Below, piece after piece: positions 51,153 through 61,930 of a stretch of DNA of 63,483 nt. This DNA comes from Phoronis australis (lineage: Eukaryota; Animalia; Phoronida): the NCBI GenBank assembly GCA_002633005.1, contig NMRA01000505.1, forward strand, positions 93,615-157,097. The letters are read 5' to 3'. The position numbers and the translations under genes were made by a program. Each line of letters begins with the position of its first letter. The stretch's first letter is position 1. The notes under the pieces were generated by a model. That model was not told the DNA's origin. It saw nothing but the letters and a program-made list of their open reading frames with translations, and ran no database searches.

Positions 51153-51374
51153 ATGGTCGGCTGCTGTGTGGCCGGTTGTTCGGCTACGCAGGCGAAATGC
51201 ATAGGCGTTAGCTTCCATAGTGTACGGAGACCCCAAAATCCGCTGTGGGAGAAAAAGTTATGTTCTCGCGTCGACGTGAATGGAAGTTGTTCTTCCAAAA
51301 AAAACTTGTACATTTGTTCACGTCACTTCGAAGATGGGTGTTTTTTAAGAGGCTCTGGTAGGCCTACTACTTAA
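51153..51374 (+). pseudogene. THAP zinc-finger ORF (73 aa), probably the N-terminus of a truncated P/Galileo-like transposase
   Basis: MVGCCVAGC..GVSFH..P..W..LYICSRHFE matches the C2CH THAP signature; no downstream transposase; upstream sequence is homologous to the left end of the 60354-60700 element. Confidence 0.75.
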
Positions 51375-51899
51375 TCCTGTCTTCACAAATCCATTTTTCT
51401 TTTCTCCGTTTTGATGAAAACTATCTGGTAAACTTTTTGACGAAAAATGTCCGCTAAATTTCTTCCAATGGTAGTGACTGGTGAACTCTTGTCCTTACGA
51501 GGACCTTCAGCCATAGTCTAGTGAGCGAATTAACCAAATTACTCTTAGGTGGCCCTGATCAGACGGTTGGTCTCAGCATAATGCGCAGATTTGGCCAGGA
51601 TTTGGATCAGCGATTTCAACAAATTCACATTCGTGTACAAATAAATAGGACGCTAGTAAAACCTTTAACATAAATAAAGATTACATTAATACTTCAGAAA
51701 TAAATACCTGGACCTGTCAAAATCTATCCCGCAATTCAACAGCAGGTTACATACTCAATTATTTATGTCGACTGTATGCCGCACAAAACTTGAACCATCT
51801 TAGCCAAGTACGCTGCAGTCTATGAAAATACCGACAACTAACCCGAGTTTCAACTTCTTTGCAAACATGGAACAGGGATATCAAAGGGGTATGAAGGTT

Positions 51900-52160
51900 G
51901 TTTTTATGCTTCAATGTTACATTTTTGTAAGCAGACAAATGTTTTTTTTAAATCTACCCTAATTCCTACTATTTCAAAAGTATTTCCAAACCTTACGTCT
52001 TTCAAACGTACATTGATGACAAAACCATATTTCTTCAACCGGTTTTGTAAAGTCCTACACCACCTCCACATAATATGAACCAATCCTACTCCTAATGTAA
52101 CAAAAAGGTCCCGTGCGTAACGGATACTAAGTATGGTCCTTCTGAAGTATTGGATAGGTT
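51900..52160 (-). mobile_element. Decayed L1/Tx1 LINE C-terminal fragment
   Basis: QYFRRTIL..HIMW..LQNRLKKYGFVINVRLKDVRFG..KTFVCLQK resembles the ORF2 tail after the CCHC knuckle. Confidence 0.45.
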
Positions 52161-52996
52161 CTGCTAACGCAACCTCGCGAAAAGTCACACAAGAACTCGT
52201 GACATGTACCATCGCGTTACAAGTGAGCAATAACGAATTGTCAGTTATGTCGAACTTTACTCCAATTTGACATTGATATTGCATTTAAAAAAGTAAGAGG
52301 TCTAATCAAGAGAAAAATACTTTTGTGACGGAAGGCGAATTTAGTCATGTAGCCGATTCAATTTTAAACAAACTCATTTGAGAAAAATACTGAAACCACC
52401 ACCTTCCATTTGAAAAATCGCCATTGTCAAACAACTGAACTGCAAACACATATAAAATCGTTTCATATGCTGTTTGGAAAAGATGCCTTAAACATAATTC
52501 AAATTCAAATTATCTTTAAGCACATAAATGTATTTACTTGATTTTTTGATGAAAACATGGATTCAAGATCCTCGTTGCAGTTCGCCATCTCAGATTTTTC
52601 CTGGAAAAAAGTCACTTGAAAATTTCACTGTCCAAATGCAACCGTAAAGTCAATTTATTATTTCCCCGAGAAATTTGCTAAAGCTATGTAACCTCATTCA
52701 CTGTCCAGAATAAAGAAAAACCTCGGAAGCAAGGGAAATGAACCCTAAGAGGTAGCAAGCAAGATAAAGGGGGTGGTAGGGACATGAAGCTGACGTGTGC
52801 TAATTTTCAATTTCATACTTTTATGTGGCATTTTCATAATTTTGATTTGAGATGTCAACTCAGATCACACGGTTTGAAAGTTCGGATTTTTAATTTGTAA
52901 TGAACTTGAGTTGCACTGCACGTGACCTTTTATGAATTTACCGTAGTTGGCTACAGACAGGCCCACCTTTATAAAAACTAGCAACGTAGACAAACG

Positions 52997-53142
52997 CATG
53001 CGCGCACCCAGGGGAAAAGTCCAAGAGAAAGAGACGAAAGTCCACAATAGGGCAGTACCCCGTTTTTTATTTTAGTTCTCACGCTTTTTGTTAGCAAAAG
53101 CTCTACTTTGCCAGAGATTCGAGCCCCCGGAGTGCGCGCATG
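52997..53142. mobile_element. CATGCGCGCACCCAG-family MITE, 5-bp TSD AAACG
   Basis: Ends CATGCGCGCACCC / GGAGTGCGCGCATG; AAACG at 52992-52996 and 53143-53147. Confidence 0.8.
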
Positions 53143-53421
53143 AAACGTCTACACAAATTGCACCCAATGCAGCTCCTGGTTTAAACGCGGGCTTTTTTTT
53201 CAAAGTTTGGTCAGGTATAAATAACGCCACAAACATGGAGGTTCACTGAAACACGTCTACCTTACAGATGTGACAATCCCTAGCCACGCAAAACTTGAGA
53301 GGCCGACAAAAATACTAAAGATGAAATACCGGTGATGATAATCATCCACTTTGTTAATTTACTTCACCTACACAATTGGAAATAGCCGCTAAAATGAATC
53401 TCATTCGAGTAAGCACCACGT

Positions 53422-53546
53422 CATGCGTGCACTCAGAGGGGGCCATTTGGCGAAGTGGGCAAAAAGGTCTGCAGCTCTCTTGTTAACAACAGGTCCATAA
53501 CGTCAGGAATTCGAGCCCCCCATTTTGAAGACTGGGTGCGCGCATG
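53422..53546. mobile_element. CATGCGCGCACCCAG-family MITE, 5-bp TSD CACGT
   Basis: Ends CATGCGTGCACTCAG / CTGGGTGCGCGCATG; CACGT at 53417-53421 and 53547-53551. Confidence 0.8.
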
Positions 53547-54042
53547 CACGTGAGTCCCTGGACAGCCCCAATATGGTAGAACCCAAGGAGCTCAAGTCGG
53601 GGTTAAATCAGGATGGGCATAAATAAGGAAATTTACTGTATCAACAGATTAGACAAATAAGAATAAGATACAAGGCATTGATACAGTGTACACGCGCACA
53701 ATAACTGGGTCTATCATTTTCCCGCCGCAAGCGATTGAACCAATCGGATCACCAATGGCGCAAACCTTTCGAAAACAAGCCTGATTTTTAAGGAGTCTGT
53801 TACTGCTCTTTATATTTTCAAAACTTTAATTTGTTATAGTTAATTTATTTGCTGTGCACCTCAATGAGACCAGTTCATATATATGCATTTAACACGATTA
53901 ATACATTGTAAAACCATAGATTATGCACTATCAACACGAGACAAAAACAGTACACCCCTTTTTTAAAAAATGGGTTAAAGGTTAGAAACAAAGGACGAGA
54001 GCGTAAACAAGTTTCCATCACTTGCAACGTCGATTTTTTACG

Positions 54043-54360
54043 ATGGACGTTGGAGAAGAACATCAGTCTGGTGACAGCAACACGGAATCGTACGAAGGCG
54101 ATGATTTTCGAAATTTGATTCGTTGTGTTGTTTGTCATTTTTTTCCTACACTTCAGGATTACTTGTGGAAACAGGAACAAGAACTGAACGATGCAGGGTT
54201 CGTGACAACGTTGGTGAACGGTAATATCTATCTAAGGTGTTACAACTGTCATCGATATTGTCATCTCCTCTGTATTCATCCAACCTTCCCAGATGAAAAC
54301 TTGAATGAAGAGGACCTTCAGTACTTGAGTGAGCATGGTATACTGTGTGATTTATGTTGA
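54043..54360 (+). CDS. Small intronless PHD-like (C4-H-C3) zinc-finger protein, 105 aa, inside nested transposon DNA
   Basis: MDVGEE..CVVC-x34-CYNC-x4-H-x2-C-x24-CDLC*; intact frame; AATAAA ~90 nt downstream. No expression evidence. Confidence 0.5.
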   Translation: MDVGEEHQSGDSNTESYEGDDFRNLIRCVVCHFFPTLQDYLWKQEQELNDAGFVTTLVNGNIYLRCYNCHRYCHLLCIHPTFPDENLNEEDLQYLSEHGILCDLC

Positions 54361-56108
54361 ATTATTCAACGGTTCTTTTAAGAACCATTTCACGCTACAC
54401 CTACAACCAGCGGCCCTTTTAAAGTGTACACAACATGACTCTAGTACCTCAAAATAAATTTTATTATTATATCTTACTTGATTTCAGTGCCTTTAGTGCA
54501 CAGCTNGTGAACCGTAAATCAAAAACTGTCCGATAACTATGCTGCTATTGGGCAAGCAGACGACATAAAGGGTCGGAACCGAAGTTTGAATTTTGAAATT
54601 AATTACCAGTAGCATTGCCAAAAGTACTCACAATACCAACACTTCTACTATTGAAAGACTTTGAAAAGCGTTTCAATACCGAAATAATATAAATTAATGT
54701 TTTTTCGCTGTTTTGGACAGTAAAGTATATGCAAGTATTTCTCGTCAAATTACACTGACCGGAAACTGCAGCAGATAGGTCAGGAGAGTTCAACTCAGCT
54801 CGTAAGAATATGCCGGAGTTGCGAATCTGTTGTCTATAATCTATGCTATAATCTATGGTGCAGCAGACAATAGATCAACGCTAAGCTCCGCCCACGTGAC
54901 TGCCATATTTGTTTTGGTCGTCTGTCTTGCTTCACAAGTTCGAAAAAATGATTAAAATTACGCTGTAAACAGACAGGTATGTCACATTTTCTAAACATGA
55001 AGTAAATATCAGCTTTATTTCTAATACTTCAACAAAAACTGGAACATAATGACCACGCATTCTGAACGAAATTTGATCTCAAGTGGCAATCGATGACCGC
55101 TTAACTTCAAAGCCGTTTTTCTCGGCTCGTGATTTCAGGATGAGTGACAAGATTCTCGGGTCTATTTTTCCGCAACACGTGGGTCAATTTTTACGAAATT
55201 TGCAAATTTGAAATCCTCTAGGACTGAAAGAAAATCGCGTGCCAGGGTTTTTTGATACATGGACCAGATTTTTAGTTATCAGACCGAAAGTGACCAAATG
55301 ACAAAAAGTGTTGTGCTTGCCCCAACTCACACGCAAAAAATGCCGCAAAATCAAGGTCATAATGATTTTGTACATACATTTGGTATGGATAAGTAGAATA
55401 TTGCGTAAGGAAACAGCTGATGATAATCCCTGTGCATTTTGAAAAAAAATTCGAGGTAAAATTGAATGATTTGGAAATCAAAAAATACGATTTAAAAAAA
55501 ACGAACTACAAAAAACTTTTTTTTTTGATTTTTGTCACTTTCAGACTCAGAGTCATGTCTAACTAGTTACGACTCCCTTTTTACTCATTTTAGTTAGGAA
55601 CCTGAAGATTTGACCAGTGTATACACCTACCATAAGCCACCTTTATGAAATGCACATTATCTTTAAACCTGGTCTAAGTTCAGTTTAAATCAGGTTTAAG
55701 TTTAAACCATCTTTATGAAATCGGCTGCCCATGTTCCCCTTGTCTGAGCCAAGATATCACAGTTACAATTTTGAGAATGACTGGCCTTACGTGAATGCCG
55801 CCAAGAGTAGTCCATTTACAGTGAGTTGCTAAAGATATGTTTGGAAAACAAGGGTCTGAGACAATTTTACCAACGGCACTTTTATTTATGTACCATAATT
55901 GGCCACAGAAAAACATAAAAAGCTAGTGTTTCACATAAGCACAAACCAAAAGCACTGACAATAAAATGAATTATTTTGATTTTCAACTCATAAGATTTGT
56001 CTAGCCACTCTCTAAAAAATCTTTGACTACAACAACAGGCAGTAGCACCACAAACATAATACCACGACTATAAACTTGATGTGTCTGAAATGTACAAATG
56101 CTTTTGCA

Positions 56109-56175
56109 GTGGTCACAAGTAACCACTGGTCAAAAGTAACCACTGGTCGCAAGTAGCCACTGGTCACAAGTAACC
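56109..56175 (+). repeat. 17-bp tandem repeat (TGGTCACAAGTAACCAC) x4
   Basis: Read directly. Confidence 0.85.
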
Positions 56176-56258
56176 GCATCCAATTAAATCATAAAATGTC
56201 ATACAAATCTAACAAACATGACAAAATATTAACAAGTGACTTGATCAACTATTAGGGA

Positions 56259-56519
56259 AGTCATCACTTCATCTGTAGATCTCCACAGTCATCACTTCAC
56301 CTGTAGATCTCCACAGTCATCACTTCATCTGTAGATCTCCACAGTCATCACTTCACCTGTAGATCTCCACAGTCATCACTTCATCTGTAGATCTCCACAG
56401 TCATCACTTCATCTGTAGATCTCCACAGTCATCACTTCACCTGTAGATCTACACAGTCATCACTTCATCTGTAGATCTACACAGTCGTCACTTCATCTGT
56501 AGATCTCCACAGTCATCAC
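56259..56519 (+). repeat. 28-bp minisatellite (AGTCATCACTTCAYCTGTAGATCTMCAC) x~9
   Basis: Read directly; no spacers. Confidence 0.95.
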
Positions 56520-57625
56520 CATTTCCCATGCTTCCTATTAGATTACAACTGCCCCTAATCAATTTTACCTTCAATTTCATAAACATAGAAATTAGAAGAT
56601 TTTTACTTAAAGTGGCAATAAAACTTGTCATTTTGTCTCTCAATCTTGTGTATTAAGAGGTTAACAAGTGACCACTCTGTGCTGCACCACCTAGAGAATA
56701 TCTAACCAACAATTATCAATTTGACAGACAATGATTAGGAATGTCATAATTTAGCATTTTCTCTTAGAACTGTGTTTGTGTTTGGAGATGGTGTTCATCC
56801 AGTTAGAAATCAACTAATTGAATTTCTGAGTCCTCAGCATGCTGGACAAAGTTACATGTTAAAACAGATTGCTCTTCAAAAAAAAAATCCTGCAGGTGAA
56901 TGATTGCTATGGTCAACTTGAAAAGTCAAGGAAATGCACTTTAATAATAGTGCGATTATCACTCATGTGTTCAGTCAGATCCACAAATCCAAACTTTTCT
57001 TGGAAAATAGAATTATAGGCATAATATCACATTTTGAGAAACAGTGAATCTAACTTCAGTCTCCATGGTTACATGACCAATTCACTGAATTTCAAATGGC
57101 TATAAACCCACCTTCCACCACAAAAATCAACTTGTGATTTAAAACACTTACTATGAAATTGATCTCGAACTATTCTGTACTCAAAGTAGATGGGAACTTT
57201 GGACTACATTGAATTTTAGTTTCTTCCAGAGAATGCAGGTTCATTGCCACTTCAATGCTTTTAGCAAATAGAATTTCCGAGACTTTCTATGAACATTGGC
57301 AATGAACACACACATTAACATGTGCCAGAATAAAAAACACTTTCACAGAAAATATTTTCAATCTCCTCGCAGAATTCCATACATGTTTGTGGCCATTTCG
57401 CAGGTCTAACCAGGTTAAACTATAAGAGTTTATTGTGCGCACACTAACTGTGTCTCTTTGCCTCCATCAAATCCCTCAGTTTTACTGAGACACTGCCTGA
57501 AGCAAAAACAAGAAGAAGTCTATTAATGAAACTAAACAAATTTCTCTTCCTGACTGTTGACTAGTATTCTGCCTTAACTGGCCTAGGAAGTAGAAGCTGT
57601 GATATACCGGTACATTTTCTTATTC

Positions 57626-60600
57626 TCATTTCTTTTCAGCAGAAAGCTTCATGGATGACATTTTATCCTCCAGTAACTGATTGTGAAGATTCATCAAACC
57701 TTTGAAGTACTTGACTGTGCGAACTTTCAGGTCCAGTGTGGCATTTTCATCACAGACAAACGTAGTCTTTGGATGTTGTTGGAATGCAGAGACGGTCCAC
57801 ATGTGGTTAACTCCCTCCTCAATGGCCTTGTGTAGGGCAAAGGCTTTGTGAGCACCCGTTATCAAGATCATGACCTGAATAAAATCGATTCAATAAAATT
57901 ATTTAAAGTTCCAGCAAGTGCTCATTAGTTGACGACAAAGTTGCAAATTTCAGATAAAAGTAATCAAGTTAGCAGTCATGAATCTTTCCATTGAAATAAT
58001 TATTGAAATGCATTTGGTCAATGGTGTTATCAAAGAAAATTAGAAAAGCAAAACGCAGAATACTAAAGAAGCAAAACAAAGAGTTCCACCTCAAAAATTA
58101 ATCAAAATAAAGGTGGCGCTGCAACGAATGGCAATAACAAAAAGACGGTCACTTAACACAATAATCAGCATTGGCACAAAACTAACAATTTTAGAGAAAG
58201 AGCGGCTCGCAAAAGGACTACCTGGCAATAGGACTACCTGGAAATAGGACTACCTGGCAATAGGACTACCTGGCAATAGGACTACCTGGCAATAGGACTA
58301 TCCAATCAACTTCGAGTCACATGAGTCTGCATTTGGTCCCAAGATTTGATTATCCAGTCACTGTCAGTTAGGAAATTGGATTGAAATGGTCAGAAGAGAT
58401 AATTCATGAGTCAGGACATGTAATGGTGTCTCCACCCAAAGTAAAAAAGCATCACATTTCACACCGTAAAAGTAAATTTTCTTGTTTTACTCACCTGGCA
58501 GTGTGATGTCATAGTATGAACACAATGACACTAAGCTGGTCCACAAAAAACATGATAATTGTTTTAACAATTAAATAACTTACCTCCTTAGCATCCATGA
58601 CAGTTCCCACACCAACTGTCAAGGCTTCCTTAGGAACCTGAGACAGGTCGCCACCAAAGAATCTAGCGTTAGCCTCGATGGTGTCCACAGCTAGAGTCTT
58701 AATCCTTGTGCGTGATACCAGACTAGATCCTGGTTCGTTAAATGCAATGTGACCATCAGGACCAATACCTGTAATACCAGCACAAAGATTGGTATTGTCT
58801 AAGTGGAAAGCTGCCAACACTCAAACAAGTGGGTCGTCTGGATATCAACTATATCATAAAGAGGAAATGTCCATTGCAACTCCTAAAATAATTAGATGAT
58901 TTATGATAGCGATCATTAAAAATCTATATCAATAGCAAACAAGAGTATGCTACATGTATGCAATATTACATTTAAAGATTTCTCATCTCAATGTGCTTCA
59001 CAAATTCTTGATGAAGGAAATCGAATGTGCCAACTAAGGCAAGTGTGAAATGAAATAAATGCATAACAAGGTGGCACTGAACACTAGCAATTCCAAAATA
59101 TTAAAATCTAGGTGTAGGCCAGGCTTGGGGGCATTTTTAGTTACTAGGTATTCCATGTAGGCCAAGTGAATGTGGTTGTTGACTTGGACCGCCCTTTTAA
59201 AAATCTTTATCCACCCCCCCTTTTAAAAATTACTGGATCTGCCCCTGTTGAGTAGGTATTTGGGACTGTTTCATGTAACTGGGCACAGACCCCTCCAGCT
59301 TGAGTGTAGAATGTCATAAGGTGTGAATTTTCAAAACAATGACCTGGACTCAACTTTGGATGGCATAAGAGGACAGTTTTTGGACATTGGTGTAGGAAAT
59401 ATTTGATGGTGGGGGGGAGAGTCTGTTAATTTTTCAATTTTATTTTAAAACAAAATTTGTTTGTTGAAGGTTTAATTATTCTTTAATTATTAGCACCTGG
59501 ACTAATGAGGGGGGGGGCAGAGAGCTATGTCCACCACAAACCTTTTGGTTGAGGGGCGACCGTCCGCCCATTATTACTTCTATCTCTTCTTCATCAGATC
59601 TTTCTCATGTTTATTACTTCCCTGACCCCCCTAGATGAAATCCTACAGGTTCTGTACCTGCCCACCCTCCAATCACCTCTGATTATTGACTCACCCTCTA
59701 GCTTATGATGTATTTCTCGTAATTTATATTACCTTTGCCCAAATTTTTTCTCGATTTACTCTATATTTTGCCTAATGTGTATTTTTCCAATACACTGCTC
59801 ATATTTTTTATTCTCAATATTGTAAACAAAGACCTTTCACAATTTTCAATTTGACAAATTAAAATCAGCCATGGTAATCGGCGCCTCGCATACTTCGTTG
59901 GCGCACAAATGCCCAGTAGGTGTTGCCACGGCCCATGACATGGTAATGGTCGCGGCCAAAGTGAAGTCTTGTTAATGTCTTTACTACCACTCTGTGCCAA
60001 GGCAAGAGTGAAATGGTGAAATAAATGTAACAAGCTACCACTCTGGCTAGAAGAGTTGAACACGCTGCACCGAAAGATTCCTTCAAGACCAAAATCTTGA
60101 AAAAAAAATTTTAGTATCTACAAAGTTTGCATAGAATTGTTTCTTAGTATAACAAAAACAACATATGCATCCAGTTTGAAGTTGTATTAAGAGTAAATTT
60201 ATTATGAAATCAAATATTTTAGTTTGACATCTGTTACTATTTTCTGGTTAATGAGTAAAAAATTCTCCTACATGTCTTTAAAAATGGTGTTGATTTTTGA
60301 GAATTGATTTTTCTGCAATGCATTGTTTGATATCAGCAGTGGATGTGTGCAATCATAGACAATTATAGTACATGGACCGCCAACTCCGTATATTTTCAAT
60401 GGATGAAATTTGGGATCTTACACATGAGCCGCGACGTCATTATTCACCAGCGACACCTGGCAAAATTAGCAAGTTTTAGTTCAGGAAAATATGTCGTCTG
60501 CTAATCATGGTCGGCTGTTGTGTGGTCGGGTGCTAAAAGTACTCACGATATCAACAGTTTTATTATTGGAAGACTTTCAACAGAGTTTCAATGCCAATTT

Positions 60601-61656
60601 CGTTGCACTGGACAGTAAAATAGATGCAAGATTTTTCCGTCACAACACACTAATACACAAGAAAATGTCGGAGTTGCAAATCTATTGTCTAATATCTATG
60701 GTGCAATGTACTGTTTGATGTCAGTGGTGGATGTGTGCAATGTCTTGTTCTTCTCTTGTTAAAGAGACTATAAACCACATTACGGCCAAGAAGAAAACTT
60801 TTAATTTGGACTACTGACTACTATAAAATTGGTCCCAACATTTTCCTTACTAAGTTGAGAAGTGATTTCTGGGTTTACAGAGAACTGAGATAGTTTGATA
60901 TTGCATGACAAGCCGACTTGTACAGCCTGGTCTAAAGCAATAATAAACTGACAGTTCTATCAAAGCCCTCAAAACAACTCTAACTACTTAAAGAAAAAAA
61001 ATGATCCATTTCGAAATAATGAGTGGTCTAAATTTAAATTTAAAAGTTAGTTTTTGTGATGGAAGGTGGGTTTATAACCATCTTGGTAAACTGAGAGCCT
61101 GACATGTTGAAAAGTAAGTCACCAATGCAATGCATTATCTACCTCCACAAAAGAGGAGAGCTCAATCAAGGATGGCTCTATTGCGCTTTCATTTTACACA
61201 GAATTGGAAAAAATGACCTCAAATTCACCCATCATGAATTCATAGCCACAGTAGTTGTCCATCACAACAGGGAATGACGGGGAATTCAATAAAAGGTTAA
61301 CAAGGAGGAACACTTATATTTGTTAGCAGGAATGGCAAGTCACATGACATGTCATGACAAGTCATGGCATGTCAATATTTCTGTAGGACTGTATGTCCAG
61401 CAGAATTAGCTGTGTCAAGTTGAAAGCAACATTTGACCAATTACTGTTCATGTGTAGCCAGATTAGCACAAACCTCCTATAAATAGTTGTATTCCACCTG
61501 ACTCCTTCATCTTTCGTTCAAATTCGTCACACTCAAACTCAAGGTCGGTGGCATTACCATCCAGTACGTGTGCATTTTGTGGATCAATGTCAATGTGTTT
61601 GAAGAAGTTTGTCCACATGTAGTTATGGTAACTCTCTGGATGAGTGCGTGGGAGGT
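57626..61656 (-). CDS. GNPDA: Glucosamine-6-phosphate deaminase (GNPDA/NagB), last three coding exons; 5' exons beyond the window
   Basis: Exons 61656-61474 ([43 protein letters not shown]), 58768-58584 ([36 protein letters not shown]) and 57874-57626 ([38 protein letters not shown]); GT-AG junctions in frame. Confidence 0.97.
58214..58300 (+). repeat. 16-bp tandem repeat (AGGACTACCTGGCAAT) x5
   Basis: Read directly; GNPDA intron. Confidence 0.9.
60354..60700 (+). mobile_element. 347-bp non-autonomous P/Galileo-like element with CATAGA..TCTATG ends and 7-bp TSD GTGCAAT
   Basis: TSD at 60347-60353 and 60701-60707; the left half matches 51018-51180 (including the THAP start ATGGTCGGCTG.TGTGTGG) and the right half matches 54620-54845. 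Confidence 0.75.
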
Positions 61657-61827
61657 CTACAAATCAATTTTAAAATTAAACCAAGCAAATTGTCTCACTC
61701 GAAAATCTGCTCTCACTAGCAGAAAGGTACAAGAAAATATCTGTCACACAGTATCAGCATGGTAGTTTCAAGTTAGTTTGTTTTCTAAAGTAGGCATTAG
61801 ACAACAAGAGAGATTAGGGTGGGTATG

Positions 61828-61930
61828 CAGGGCTCGACATTAACGGTAGTCCGACTGCCCGGGACAACCAATTTGTTGGTCCAGACAAGCTCACGGCTGA
61901 GCAACTTGTGCGACAGGACAAGTTACATAT
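61828..61930 (+). mobile_element. Probable hAT-like element end (CAGGGCTCGACATTAAC..., repeated GGACAA motifs)
   Basis: Terminus style and subterminal repeats only; partner end not found. Confidence 0.35.

Larger units (their letters stand above)
49127..55631. mobile_element. Kolobok-like element (6.5 kb including nested insertions); no transposase ORF found
   Basis: TIRs GGTAGGTGGATACA / TGTATACACCTACC (13/14), flanked by TTAA (49123-49126) and ATAA (55632-55635). Confidence 0.6.
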
